Translations under genes and position numbers: made by a program
Source: Sedimentisphaerales bacterium
Lineage (GTDB): Bacteria > Planctomycetota > Phycisphaerae > Sedimentisphaerales > SM23-30
Direction: 5' to 3'
Assembly: GCA_963663965.2 (NCBI GenBank)
Contig: CAXXFK010000001.1
Coordinates: forward strand, 160,001-224,000
Length of the DNA stretch: 64,000 nt
Notes under the pieces: model-generated
The model's database searches: none
The model's input: only the letters and a program-made list of their open reading frames with translations
What the model was told of the DNA's origin: nothing
Shown here: in pieces, positions 10,795 to 22,000 of the stretch
Layout: each line of letters starts with the position of its first letter
Numbering within the stretch: the stretch's first letter is position 1

Positions 10795-11552
10795 CAGGCA
10801 GCCTTCCTTTCTTCTAAAACGAGACAACAGGCATAGGTCCATCCAACAATCATCACGGCAAAGTAGGCCAGGTCTTTCAACTCAATCACGCCGCGCTGGA
10901 TCGACTCGAAATGATTCTGAAAACTTAAAGTGGCAATGGCGCTGACCGCGGCCGGCGGAATAGCGCCGCTGACAAATTTCATGGTGGTCGGTAAACCCAG
11001 GAAATAAAGCACGGCACAGGCTACTACCGCCAAAATAAAACTGATCACCTGGTTTTTGGTCATAGCCGAAAAGAAACAGCCCACCGCCAGATAACTGCCG
11101 GCCAGCAGGAAGCAGCCGATATACCCCGAAACGATCTGGCCAATATCCGGATCGCCCAGATAACAGACGGTTATCGGCATGGGAATCGTTAAAAGAATGG
11201 CGATCCCCATAAACAGCCAGGCCGCGATAAACTTGCCCCAGACCGCCTGTGAAGAGGTAATGGGCAACGTCAGTAACAGCTCGATCGAACCGCTCTTGCG
11301 TTCCTCAGCCCACAGCCGCATCGCCGCGGCCGGCACCATAAACACAAACAAGACCGGGATCCATTTAAAGAATAACCGCATGTCTGCCTGGTTGAGATCG
11401 AAAAACTGATCTTTAAAAGGAAGATAGGCGGCAAATGCCAGAAATATCACTAAAAATACATAAGCGACCGGAGTCAGGAAATAACCTTTCAACTCCCGCT
11501 TACAGACTGTCCAGAAACCTTTCATGGGTAACGTCTCCTTGTACGATTTCAT
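10794..11552 (-). CDS. ABC-2 permease (GldF-like)
   Basis: KRELKGYFLTPVAYVF, MRLWAEERKSGSIELLLTLP; alternative start at 11525. Confidence 0.88.
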   Translation of the reverse strand: MKSYKETLPMKGFWTVCKRELKGYFLTPVAYVFLVIFLAFAAYLPFKDQFFDLNQADMRLFFKWIPVLFVFMVPAAAMRLWAEERKSGSIELLLTLPITSSQAVWGKFIAAWLFMGIAILLTIPMPITVCYLGDPDIGQIVSGYIGCFLLAGSYLAVGCFFSAMTKNQVISFILAVVACAVLYFLGLPTTMKFVSGAIPPAAVSAIATLSFQNHFESIQRGVIELKDLAYFAVMIVGWTYACCLVLEERKAA

Positions 11553-11561
11553 TCAGATCCA

Positions 11562-12308
11562 TCAGGCACTCTTACGATCGCCGTCCTGAGTGGTGATTTT
11601 ACGGAATACCTCTTCCAGCGAACAATGATACTGCTGTTTCAACGCGGTCGGGGTATCGTCAACCAGAATTCTGCCTTTCGCGACAATAATGCAGCGTGAA
11701 CAGATGGCCTCTACCTCTTCCAGAATATGGGTAGAAACCACAATGCATTTGTCTTTGGACATCTGGCTGATCAATTGGCGAACCTCATGTTTCTGATTCG
11801 GATCCAGACCATCGGTCGGCTCATCCAGAATCAGCACCTTCGGGTCATGGATAATCGCCTGGGCCAAACCCACACGACGGCGATAACCTTTGGACAGCGT
11901 CTCGATCGACTGATGAAAGACCGATCCGATCGAACAGAGCTTGACCGCCCGCTCAATGGCGGCTTTACGCGCGGATCCCTGAATTTCTCGGGCGTCACAG
12001 ATAAAATTTAAAAACGATCCAACCGTCATCTCGCCATAGGCCGGGGCGTTTTCCGCGACATACCCCAGACACTGGCGGACTTTGACCGGGTCTTTAATAA
12101 TATCATGACCGCAGACGGTAGCCGTACCGCTGTCCGGCGCCAGAAAACAGGTGATCATTTTCATCGCCGTGCTTTTTCCCGCGCCATTGGGCCCGAGAAA
12201 TCCCAGCACTTCGCCTTTTTTAACCGAAAACGAAATGCCATCCACTGCGACCAACGGGCCAAAGCTTCGCTTTAAATCTTTTACTTCTAACATATTACTG
12301 TTCTCCAC
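11562..12308 (-). CDS. ABC transporter ATP-binding protein (GldA-like)
   Basis: Walker A GPNGAGKS, signature LSKGY, Walker B ILDEPT, H-loop STH. Confidence 0.93.
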   Translation of the reverse strand: MENSNMLEVKDLKRSFGPLVAVDGISFSVKKGEVLGFLGPNGAGKSTAMKMITCFLAPDSGTATVCGHDIIKDPVKVRQCLGYVAENAPAYGEMTVGSFLNFICDAREIQGSARKAAIERAVKLCSIGSVFHQSIETLSKGYRRRVGLAQAIIHDPKVLILDEPTDGLDPNQKHEVRQLISQMSKDKCIVVSTHILEEVEAICSRCIIVAKGRILVDDTPTALKQQYHCSLEEVFRKITTQDGDRKSA

Positions 12309-12759
12309 ACAAAATACTTACCTTGTTGGTGAATACCAGCTTCTTGATAGTAATGACCTTTTAGGGTCGTAAACTACATATAACTGCGCGATTTCTGGAT
12401 ATATTGCCTGACCCGGATTATCTTGTTTGTAATCGGATATGAAATCCTGAGCCCAATAGAGCTACTTGAAATCGGGCAAGCGGGTACGAAAACTTAGATT
12501 ATCTATACGAAAAAAATGCTATCCGGTTCGTCGGGTTGCCGATGATAGCAAAACTTTTTCCGTCAGAAACACAACTCATTACTTTATAAGCGATTAGATA
12601 ATAAGCACGTCCTGAAAAAGGTTCATTTTTACCAGAACACCATCCTTATGTCAATACTGAATCCAAATCTGCCGGTTCCATTATCAGCCAATACCCGATA
12701 CCTGTTGACATTCTCCACCTCATTACCAGGTTCTCCCCAAACTGTAAAACTATTCCCAA

Positions 12760-13647
12760 TCAATTCCCATAAATAAGAGCGGCATAGCCCACGCTGTCAC
12801 TGGAACTCTGCCGGTAAACCCGCCGCATCACCTCATCACTGGTAGTATGGGCCAGTAACTGCCCCCGGCTGATTCCCGCGGCACGGGCATAAGCGACCGC
12901 CGCGGCCGCGGCCCCCGCCCCACAGGCATTGTTATAAGTCTGCGCCGAGCCCACCAGCATGTCGCATTTCATATCTAAAGCCATTTGGATAAAATACTTA
13001 TCATTGACGCTCTTCGCCCACTTGATTCCTTCGGCCCCCGTTCCCATCGGAGTATGATAATAGCTCGGTCCGTAATGCGTCAGATCCGTTGAAGCGATAA
13101 CCACCACATTTTTTTCGCATTTTTCCACAATATCATACAGCATCGGCCCCAGATCTGCGGCCTGCTCATTTGCCGGCACCATGATCGGAAGAATGGCTGC
13201 CTGAGGGAATAAATATTGAATAAAAGGGATTTGCACTTCTATTGAGTGCTCATAATTGTGACATTTCGGATCTGAATGAATATATTCCCCGGCATGATCC
13301 AGAATCTGGGCGGCCAGTTGTTCATCAATCTTTATTGAACCCATGGGGGTTTGCCAGGAACCGCTGTCGTAGATGGAGGCAGTGGTCACTCCATGTCGAT
13401 GCACCGCACCCAAAACAATAAATGTCTCACTCGCCTGAACTTGCTTGATTGCCTGAAACACCATACCCGCCAGGTCTCCACTGAAAACCCAACCGGCATG
13501 GGGAACAATGCCTGCCACTATCCGGCTTGGCAACGCCTTGGGCAGATCATTCTGGCGGCTTTCCAGCAACGATTGGATATGCGTTCGACAGCCATCATTA
13601 GTATCGTCATAAAATCGGCCGGCTACGGCCGGAGTTCGTACCAGCAT
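12760..13647 (-). CDS. amrB: MEMO1 family / AmmeMemoRadiSam system protein B
   Basis: RTPAVAGRFY, PHAGWVFSG, EHSIEVQIPFIQ, ASTDLTHYG, VGYAA. Start placed at the ATG after RBS AGGAGG (13647), not 14142. Confidence 0.88.
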   Translation of the reverse strand: MLVRTPAVAGRFYDDTNDGCRTHIQSLLESRQNDLPKALPSRIVAGIVPHAGWVFSGDLAGMVFQAIKQVQASETFIVLGAVHRHGVTTASIYDSGSWQTPMGSIKIDEQLAAQILDHAGEYIHSDPKCHNYEHSIEVQIPFIQYLFPQAAILPIMVPANEQAADLGPMLYDIVEKCEKNVVVIASTDLTHYGPSYYHTPMGTGAEGIKWAKSVNDKYFIQMALDMKCDMLVGSAQTYNNACGAGAAAAAVAYARAAGISRGQLLAHTTSDEVMRRVYRQSSSDSVGYAALIYGN

Positions 13648-13775
13648 GGTAGCACCTCCTGTCAAAATAAGCGGAATGTCATTTAAGCAGAAAATCGGGC
13701 CGATAGCCAAAAAAGTCCATAACCATATATCTGCTAACAGCTTAGGATCATAAAGCGCTACCGGAGCGCCGGTCA

Positions 13776-13804
13776 TTGACAAATTGACAATAACTTTATA
13801 TATT
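13776..13804 (+). promoter_or_regulatory. Putative sigma70 promoter of efp
   Basis: TTGACA-17 nt-TATATT about 85 nt upstream of efp. Confidence 0.45.
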
Positions 13805-13890
13805 ATACTGCTCTCTATTAATGAAGTGTACTGCCAAGCTGAATCGCTGACAACTTTAAAGACAATAATAATCTTGCGAGTAATAATTTT

Positions 13891-14454
13891 ATGATCAAAG
13901 CAACTGAAATGAAAAAAGGAATGGTACTCAAAATCGACGACAAACCCTGCCTGGTGATTGATTACCAACACGTCAAACTGGGTAAAGGGGGAGCCGTTCT
14001 GCAAACGAAATTCAAAAATATTCTCGATGGCGGCATGATCAATAAACGCATCCGTTCGGAAGAAACCCTCGAACCGATCTTTGTCGAACGGCAGAAATAT
14101 GAATATCTCTACTCGAACGGCAATGAGCATGTCTTCATGCACAAAGAAAACTATGAACAGATCGAGCTGGGCGACGATGTCTTTATCGACGGCACTAAAT
14201 ATTGCAAACCCAATACCGATGTCGAAATTCAGTTCCTCAACGGCAAGCCCCTGTCGATCGACTTACCCAACACCGTCGAACTGGAAATCGTCGACACCCC
14301 CCCGCCGCTGAAAGGCGCGACCGCGACCAATCAATACAAAAAAGCCGAACTGGAAACCGGTGCGATTGTGAACGTGCCGCCTTTCTGTACCGTGGGCGAA
14401 TTGATTCGCGTCGATACCCGCACAGGTGAGTATATCGAACGGGTAAAAAAATAA
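13891..14454 (+). CDS. efp: Elongation factor P
   Basis: HVKLGKGGA loop, TPPPLKGATA, AELETGA, IRVDTRTGEYIER. Confidence 0.96.
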   Translation: MIKATEMKKGMVLKIDDKPCLVIDYQHVKLGKGGAVLQTKFKNILDGGMINKRIRSEETLEPIFVERQKYEYLYSNGNEHVFMHKENYEQIELGDDVFIDGTKYCKPNTDVEIQFLNGKPLSIDLPNTVELEIVDTPPPLKGATATNQYKKAELETGAIVNVPPFCTVGELIRVDTRTGEYIERVKK

Positions 14455-14476
14455 GCCGGATACATTCTGAATTTTC

Positions 14477-14506
14477 AAAGGCAAGTCACTCGACTTGCCT
14501 TTTTTT
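14477..14506 (+). terminator. Intrinsic terminator of efp
   Basis: AAAGGCAAGTC-ACTC-GACTTGCCTTT followed by a T-run. Confidence 0.8.
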
Positions 14507-14536
14507 ATTCCCAATCTTCAGATTATATCAATAAAC

Positions 14537-14560
14537 AAAGCCGGGCCAAAACCCGGCTTT
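14537..14560 (-). terminator. Hairpin terminator for the convergent minus-strand gene
   Basis: AAAGCCGGG-CCAAAA-CCCGGCTTT. Confidence 0.6.
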
Positions 14561-14591
14561 GCTGTTGTCATACCTTTTGATATCGATCCGG

Positions 14592-15987
14592 CTACAGGAT
14601 ACAACCGGCTTTAACCGTCATGCATTCCAGCCAGCTGCCGGCCAGAATCGCGAAATCTTCCAGGTTGGTCTGGCAATCGCCATTGATATCGCCATGGCCA
14701 TTGGGATACCTGCCGCCTAAATCATCATTCGGATCTTCCCGGGCAGCCTCAATACAGGTACCATAAACCCCCACATTCATCGTATCCGAACCAACGCCTG
14801 ATTCATCCTCAACTTCCAGAGTCAGGAATAACCAGCCGCTGCCGGTAGCGCTGAAGGTGGCCTCAACGGTACCGGAGCCCTCACCCGGGGTCCAGGTCTC
14901 ACTGACCTTGGTCACTGTACCACCGCCCTCGTGGGTGCCTTGTACCCATTCCGCGCGCGAAATCGTACTCTTGCCATCATCGGTATAGCTGCCCATAACC
15001 GTAAAGGTCACCTTCGCAGGATCGCCATCGCCATCAGGCATGTATATCCAGTTATACTGATCCGCCCCGGCATCGACAACCGCCGGAACATCGCCAACAA
15101 CAAATGTCCAAACCTCACTGGGAGTCACAATAGCCGGTCCCGGCGTATTGGGATCCAGACTATCTACCCGCCAGTAATAGGGCATGCCGTTATCATTCAG
15201 CGTCACACCCGCTCCCGCCAGATCAACCATCCCATCAGTCACATTACTGGCAATCAAATCCAGATTATTGGGATCCTGGCTCAGATAAACGGAACAACTG
15301 ATCGTATCGCCCTCTTTACGCGGATCCGGATTATTCCAGCTTAAAGCGGCTAAATTCAGGGGCACTTCTTCGCCCTCCGCGGGATTGGGGTTATACGCCT
15401 GACCAACCAGATTGGGATTAACCAGTTTCCAGTCATCGGTATAGATCACCCCATCCGCCTGGCCGACTCTGCCAAATGGAGCAATTTTGGGGGCAATGCT
15501 GTTATTCCAGCAAGTGGTGGAATATTCGAAATACTGCCACTCGGCTGTGGGTGTGATGGTAATGATATCATTTCCCTGCCAGTTCCCGCCATTATACTGG
15601 TCAAATCCAAATTCAACTTTCGATGGCGGATTAGCCGGATCAATCTTGACCCAGCAGCTGAACGTATAAGGCTCGTTCTGAACGGCATTTACCTTCGCCG
15701 AACCGACAACGGGATATGGTGTGCCACCGATTGCGTTGCCGGCCAGTTTCCAGTAGCCATTGCCGCTATGTGCGGTAATACCAGTATTGCTCGTATATTC
15801 CACCTCATGATCGATATTATCCCAGTTTGTATCGTTGGTCCAGACGCCAAATCCTTCCGATATCTGGCTGCCATAACCATCGTCAGCGCTGACCTCAAAT
15901 CCGCTCTCAACGCCACTATCTCGCAGAATATCCGCCTGGACCGCCACTGTTAATCCCAAAACAACCATCAGGAGCGCTAATAACTTC
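14592..15987 (-). pseudogene. Secreted protein with CBM-like N-terminal domain and C-terminal dockerin-like motif; start codon truncated by ISL3
   Basis: Signal peptide (K)LLALLMVVLGLTVAVQA runs directly into the IS end. Also DSGVESG/YTDDW CBM4_9-like segment, AYNPNPAEG...YYWRVD...VWTF repeat, and tail GDINGDCQTNLEDFAILAGSWL. Confidence 0.65.
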
Positions 15988-17312
15988 GGCTCATCCGGTT
16001 AATGAGTAGTTTTGGTTATGGATATGATGGATCCGGAGATAGAAGTATTCCTGATCGCGGTAGCCATGAGCCATTCGTTGCAGCAGGCCGATTTTACGGT
16101 TATTGACTTCGACCTTGCTGGTGCTGATGGGATGGTCATACCAATTGAGCAGGAAGGGTTTCCAGAGTTGCAGTTGTTTGGCGGCATCCAGCAGGATCCG
16201 AATCCCGCTGGTTTGCGCCTGGCTGATCCAGCGTTTGAGTTCCTGTTCAGCCAGCGGAGCCGTGATCGCATCAAAAAGGAGACGAAGCCGTTCTTTCATG
16301 TAATAGGCGGTGGCCAGCGGCTGGTTGAGTTGCAGAGCTTCCTGCAACCGGCGCCGTTCATCTTTGGCGCTATCGACATGAGATTTAAGGTTCTCCGGTG
16401 CTTTGAGCAGCAGCCAGCGGCTGCCTTTGAGTACCGCTTTGCCCATGGTATCGGCCTCCCGGTATAAATCCCGGCGTAAACTGGTCAGTTTGTCGTTAAA
16501 CCATTTGACCAGATGAAAATGGTCCAGCACCAGTTTGGCTTGCGGCAGTTCTTTCAGGACACTGGTCATAAAACCACTGGCCATATCGGTAGCCACCGCG
16601 GCAATCACCGCCCGGCTGCGTCGGACACGCCCCCAGAATCCCACCAGGGCCTCTTGGCCTTTGCCCTGGCCGATATGCAAAATTTGACCGCTTTCCAGGT
16701 CGGTTACCAGCGTGATGTATTTGCTTTTCCTGCCCAGATACAATTCGTCAATCCCCAGATAACGAACCTTTTTCAGGGAAATCTTTCGGTACCGTCGACC
16801 TAGCCAGGACTTATGAATCGATTTGATGGTATCCCAGCTTAAGCCGGTCCGTCGGGCCACCTCTTGCAGGGAAGCCGCCTGACATAAATCGATGACATAC
16901 CGTTCCAACGCATGGGTGTAATGCTTCTTGGGGTCGGCAAAAGGCAGATGAGGCTGACGAATGGCCCCGCACGTCTGACATTTCAATCGGGGAATCGTGA
17001 CAAGCAACTCCATTTGACGCAGACCGGCGGGCACCATGGCAAACCTCCGGGCCTTGTGACCGAAGTAAATGAAATTACCGGAGTTACAACAAGGGCAACG
17101 CAGACTATCCGCCGGCAAGATGCCGTGAATCACGCTCTTGCCCGCAAAAATATTCTGTCTTTTGGTATTGAACACCTCGAACACCAAAAGTATGATACAA
17201 CATACTTGTGGACATGACTTTAGCTCCTAATATGAGGTTTTATTTTTTTCCTCAAACAGTAAAGTCATGTCTCTCTTTTTGCAACATTAACTACTCATTT
17301 TTCGGATGAACC
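15988..17312 (-). mobile_element. ISL3-family insertion sequence (~1325 bp)
   Basis: 24-bp terminal IRs GGCTCATCCGGTTAATGAGTAGTT and GGTTCATCCGAAAAATGAGTAGTT (20/24 match) enclosing a transposase; no target duplication visible. Confidence 0.9.
15991..17215 (-). CDS. ISL3 transposase (one extra base in the A5 run at 17146-17150)
   Basis: Zinc finger CPCC...CQTC, LGIDE, ATDM, LDHFHLV, AYYMKE, GYRD. The N-terminus MSTSMLYHTFGVRG (ATG 17215) joins the main frame if one T is removed. Confidence 0.9.
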
Positions 17313-17475
17313 TTTTTATTAACCCGCTGAAACGTCACCTCTCCTCAAATCACAGCGCTACGATTCCTGTTGACAATTACACTGCGGCGGATATGATGAA
17401 TCATCGTTCTGCGGATTTGTTGCTCCCGCCAGATGTCCTGCGGGCTTGACCAGTAATTCCGTATGAGAACACTTT

Positions 17476-18171
17476 ATGGTTTCTCACCGTTTTGCCAGTA
17501 TCAGAAAACACTTTCTTTCCGGCTTGATCATGATCCTGCCGCTGGCAATCACCTTTCTGGTCTTTCGCTTCATCATCAATATGCTGGCGGGAATATTTAC
17601 CCCGGTGCTGGCGAAGGTCGCTCCGGACCTGCCCATCTGGGTCAAATATGGGTTGGCCGTTTCCGTCCTGTTTTGCCTGATCTGCCTGCTGGGTCTGTTT
17701 GCCAGCAACCTGCTGGGCCGCTGGCTCTGGGCGCGCTTTGAATCCCTGCTGCTGCACATCCCCTTGATGAATACTATCTATAGCGCCGCCCGCGATATCA
17801 TCCGGGTCTTTCACAACCCCGAACAAACCCACGCCAGAGAAGTCGTTCTGGTGGATTTCCCCCATCCGGATATGAAAGCCCTCGGATTCGCCACCGGCAA
17901 GCTTTATGGCCAGAATGGCAGGCTCTATCATAAAGTATTTATCCCAACGGCGCCTAACCCGACCACCGGATTTCTGGAACTTGTTGAAGATGCCAAAGTT
18001 ACTCGCACTGATCTTTCTGTGGAAGAATTTATCAAAATGCTTATGTCTGGCGGGATTCTCGGTCCACAGACCCTGGAGACCCTGGCTCGTGCCAATAAAC
18101 CGCAAGGCCACACCCCGGATAATGGCCAGCCAGAACCCTCCGGCCAGACAACTCCGGATCATCAAATATAA
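17476..18171 (+). CDS. DUF502 domain membrane protein
   Basis: FLSGL..ILPL, IPL...IYS, VLVDFP, VFIPTAPNPTTGF, LMSGG. Confidence 0.85.
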   Translation: MVSHRFASIRKHFLSGLIMILPLAITFLVFRFIINMLAGIFTPVLAKVAPDLPIWVKYGLAVSVLFCLICLLGLFASNLLGRWLWARFESLLLHIPLMNTIYSAARDIIRVFHNPEQTHAREVVLVDFPHPDMKALGFATGKLYGQNGRLYHKVFIPTAPNPTTGFLELVEDAKVTRTDLSVEEFIKMLMSGGILGPQTLETLARANKPQGHTPDNGQPEPSGQTTPDHQI

Positions 18172-18204
18172 CCATACTAAAAATTGTAGGGCAGGAGTTT
18201 ATCA

Positions 18205-19149
18205 ATGCCAGTTTTACTGATTATCATCGGACTTATTTTACTCTACTTCGGCGCTGAATGGCTGGTACGCGGCGCCGTTTCAATTGCCCGCCGACTGGGC
18301 ATAAGCCCCCTGGTCATCGGTCTGACCATCGTCGCCTACGGTACCAGCGCCCCGGAAATGACCGTCAGTATCCAGTCGGCGCTTGCCGGCCAGGGCGATA
18401 TCGCCGCCGCCAATGTGATCGGTTCCAACATATTCAATATCGCCGTCATCCTGGGACTGACAGCCCTGATCTGCCCGATTAACATCGGCGCCCCGATCAT
18501 TCGGCTGGATATGCCTGCCATGATCGCGGTCTCGGTAGCCGGCTGGCTCTGCCTGGCCGACCGCCGGATGGAACGGTGGGAAGGCCTGATTCTGATTGCC
18601 GGAGCCATTGCCTATACCGCCTGGGCCTTCTATCGCAGCCGGCAAGTCCCGGTGGATGGCCCTGTCCTGGCAGAAGTCGAAACCGCTTTACCCGCCAGAA
18701 CCGACCCGACCGCTCTCGCACTCGCACTCATCATCGGCGGTCTGATCGCCCTGGTTTTCGGCTCCAAAGCCCTCGTCACCGGCGCCACCCAGATCGCCCG
18801 CTTCTGGGGCGTCAGCGATGCCGTCATCGGCCTGACCATCGTCAGCGCCGGTACCAGCCTGCCGGAACTGGCCACCTCCGTCGTGGCCGCCAAACGCCGC
18901 CAGAGTGATATCGCCGTTGGCAACGTGGTCGGCTCCAATATCTTCAATATCCTGGCCATCCTCGGAACCTCAGCCCTGCTGGTCCCTTACAGCGCACCCG
19001 GTATCCAGACTGTAGATCTGGTCGCCATGTTCGGCCTGGCCTCAATTGCCCTGCCCTTCATGTGGAGCGGATTTGTCCTGGCCCGCTGGGAAGGCGGCGT
19101 CCTGCTGATGCTCTTCGGCGCCTACCTGGCCTGGCTCTGGCCCAAATAA
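18205..19149 (+). CDS. Calcium/sodium antiporter (CaCA/YrbG family)
   Basis: Two alpha repeats: GTSAPE...NVIGSNIFN and GTSLPE...GNVVGSNIFN. Confidence 0.92.
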   Translation: MPVLLIIIGLILLYFGAEWLVRGAVSIARRLGISPLVIGLTIVAYGTSAPEMTVSIQSALAGQGDIAAANVIGSNIFNIAVILGLTALICPINIGAPIIRLDMPAMIAVSVAGWLCLADRRMERWEGLILIAGAIAYTAWAFYRSRQVPVDGPVLAEVETALPARTDPTALALALIIGGLIALVFGSKALVTGATQIARFWGVSDAVIGLTIVSAGTSLPELATSVVAAKRRQSDIAVGNVVGSNIFNILAILGTSALLVPYSAPGIQTVDLVAMFGLASIALPFMWSGFVLARWEGGVLLMLFGAYLAWLWPK

Positions 19150-19166
19150 CATAAGTACCGGCCATT

Positions 19167-19943
19167 TTAACGAGATAACCCAAAATACGATTGCGATAGC
19201 ATCTGCCAAACAAAACCCGAAACATTAACGGTCAGCCCCGATCGAAGAGATATACTCCCGGTTCTATCGGGCCGTCGAAATTCATAGAGGGATTCATGGA
19301 TGATGACCATCTCTTCCTTTTCGGGCGTTTTCATCTCCGGCGGTCCGATGACAAAACCAAAGTGCCCAAAAGCACACCCCCATTCAAACTCGACGGATCG
19401 ATGCCCCTCTTCAAATTTGCCCAAATTCATGTAAATGCGGATTGAAAGCCGTAATTGCTTCGGGCAACTCTCCTGGAAAATCTCTGGCCCCTAAATAACG
19501 CTGCCCGAAATAATCTTTCGGCAACGCAGCCCAGCCATGCCCGGACCGTGGGGATATCGACCTTTCTGGCTACCCAGTTTTCATACCCTCTCAGAAAATA
19601 AACCGCACCGGGCTGCTGAATAAAAAAAACCACAGACAAAAACAATCAGAGTAGCCTGGATGGGCAAGGTGACATACAGAATCTTTAGCCATGCCACTTT
19701 TTTGTTTCGACATCCATCCAACAACAAACAAAGTGCCAATAAAAACGAGATAAAACTCATTAAAATCAATAGTGGAGAACTAAATATCACATACGGAAAA
19801 GCATCAAACGCATTTCCTCTAACGCCAGCCCAATAATGCGGCAGGCTGTGGTGAACAATACCCAATAATATAAGTCCGATCAGCAGGATAACATATCCTC
19901 GCCAGCCAAACCAGGACTTTAACTTTTTATTCAGCATTTCCAA
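19167..19943 (-). CDS. Hypothetical membrane protein split across several frames (probable indels)
   Basis: Three abutting minus-strand ORF pieces (19581-19943, 19427-19645, 19167-19430) immediately downstream of the GH27 gene. Confidence 0.4.
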
Positions 19944-19949
19944 TATCCC

Positions 19950-21832
19950 CTATTCCACCTCCGTCAGCCGATACAACCCCGACCCGTGCAATTCTATCTC
20001 GGCGCTGAAACTATCCATAAAAATACCCAGGTCCTGATCACCCCAGATATCGCAGATCCGGTAGCGATGCTTCTGATCGATATCCGCCAGCCGCACCGTT
20101 ATGTTCGCCTTGTCTTTTACCGCCGAAGGCGCTTGCGTAAACACCATAAACCGGATCGTCCGCGCCATTGTTTCCAGTCTGGTCGGCACCGCCGTCATCC
20201 AGCCCGGCGGTAAACTGGAACCGCTCATACGGCCGGTCCAGGTCATATTCAATCACCGACTTGGCATGCGTGCCGATCCCTCCGTCCCAGCGCTTGCCTT
20301 GAATCTGCAACTGCCGGCCCAAGATACTCTGATCGATATGAATGCTGCCCCAGCCCACCGATGCGTTCTTTCCATTTCATCTCCGTCAGCTTCACCGGCT
20401 TCCCATCAGCCCCAATCAACTTCGGCTCCAGCCAGTCCGCGTGATCATAGGAAAACCCATCCCCGCCGTCATCCACCACCAGATAAAGCTTCCGCGCCCC
20501 GTTCAGCTTCAGATCCGCTTCAACTGTCCGCGGCTGACTGGCCCGCGTAATCAGCGGACTCTGCCATAGCGCCCGCTTCGGATCCGGTTCATTCGCGCTC
20601 TGGGCGTTAAACAACGCCACAAACCAGTCCTTGCTGTGACCGTCCCGCGCCACCCAGCCGATCAGGTCGTTCTCCCGAAACAACTGACGGCTGTCCACTG
20701 CGTTCTGATTCACCTCCAGCATCCCGCGATGCGTCAACAGCGCCAGCGTTGCCGCGTCATTGTTCGGCAGATGCCCGCCCATCATCAGCGGTGAACGCGC
20801 GATCGCCCACAAGCGACATCATCGTCTTCTGCTCGGTCGGCGTAAAGTGGGTCCACCCTTTCGGATCACGCGCGTGGATATTGCCCAGCGGCAGCATATC
20901 CGCGTCTGGATAATAGCCCGTCCCCCCGCCACGGCGTCCAGTCATGCAGCCGCTTGAACTGACTCTTGAGCTGCTCCCACGAATCCCAGAAATCATCGCT
21001 GATCCGCCACAGATTGGCCTGACGCACAACATTCGGCCCGGCCGACAGCGGCGTCTCACCCGGCGAGGTGCTGAACACAATCGCCCGCCCGGTTTTATCT
21101 ATCGCCTTGCGGATCGCCTCAATCTCGGCCTGATGATACGGCCGGCTCAAATCGTCGATCTTCACATAATCCACCTGCCATTCCACCATCCGTTCAAAGA
21201 TCGAATCGTAATACGCCTGCGCCCCCGGCTTGCTCATATCCACCCCGTACATATCCGGATTCCACGGACAGGTACTGTTCCGGTTGGCGATATCCGCCGC
21301 AAAATATGGCGTCCCCTTGACCGGCAAATTCTTCTCCACCGCCCCGTCGCGGAATCCCGCGCATCATATGCAGCCCGAATTTCAGTCCTAACCCATGCAC
21401 ATAATCGGCCAGCGGCCGCAATCCCCGGCCATCCACCGAAGAGGGATGCTTGTTCGCAGCCGGCCAGACCCGCCCCCACTCATCCAGACAGGTCTGCGGA
21501 TTACGCGGATAATCATAGGGCCGGCCATTTTTACCATCCGAACCCGGTTCATACCATTGGATATCCAATACAATATATTCCCAGCCATACGCCTTCAGAT
21601 GCTCGGCCATATAATCGGCGTTCGCCCTTCATCTCCGCTTCCGTGACACTCGCCCCGAAACAGTCCCAGCTGTTCCACCCCCATCGGCGGCGACGGCGCC
21701 CATCTCCAGAACTCCGGCGCCTTCTGATCCTGCGCCACCACTATCTGTCCCAATCCCAATACCATCAGCATCATAACCCAATAGCCCCAACCCTGCCCAG
21801 TTAACTGCTTTTTGCTTATTCCGAATAGCCAT
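19950..21832 (-). CDS. GH27 alpha-galactosidase-like glycosidase with NPCBM/NEW2 domains; several +1 frameshifts
   Basis: Pieces give PPMGWNSWDC, YIVLDIQW, LADYVHGLGLKFGLH, VDYVKIDD, WRISDDFWD, YPDADMLPLG, RSPLMMGG, DGFSYDHADW and GIGTHAKS. Each junction checked is fixed by deleting one homopolymer base. Confidence 0.85.
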
Positions 21833-21872
21833 TTTTTCAGTTCCTTTCTTAATATGAATGCTCGCATTGCAC

Positions 21873-21898
21873 GTAGAGACGCGATGCTTCGCGTCTCT
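21873..21898 (+). repeat. GTAG-type REP-like palindrome
   Basis: GTAG-AGACGCGA-TGCT-TCGCGTCT-CT in an intergenic spacer. Confidence 0.6.
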
Positions 21899-22000
21899 TT
21901 TTTATGCGTGCAATCAGATACTTCCATACCCAATAGGGTTTTCAGGCCAGATTGTAATCCAGATCATTCCTCAAATCAAGAGGATCACACCCCCTTATCA

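Noticed and set aside
7398..12308. Gliding motility system
   Set aside because: GldA/F/G-like ABC operons with DUF4340 are widespread in non-gliding bacteria, and no other gld/spr genes are here.
13648..14142. Long N-terminal extension of the MEMO1/AmrB ORF
   Set aside because: It is antisense to efp; the family motif and an AGGAGG RBS place the start at 13647.
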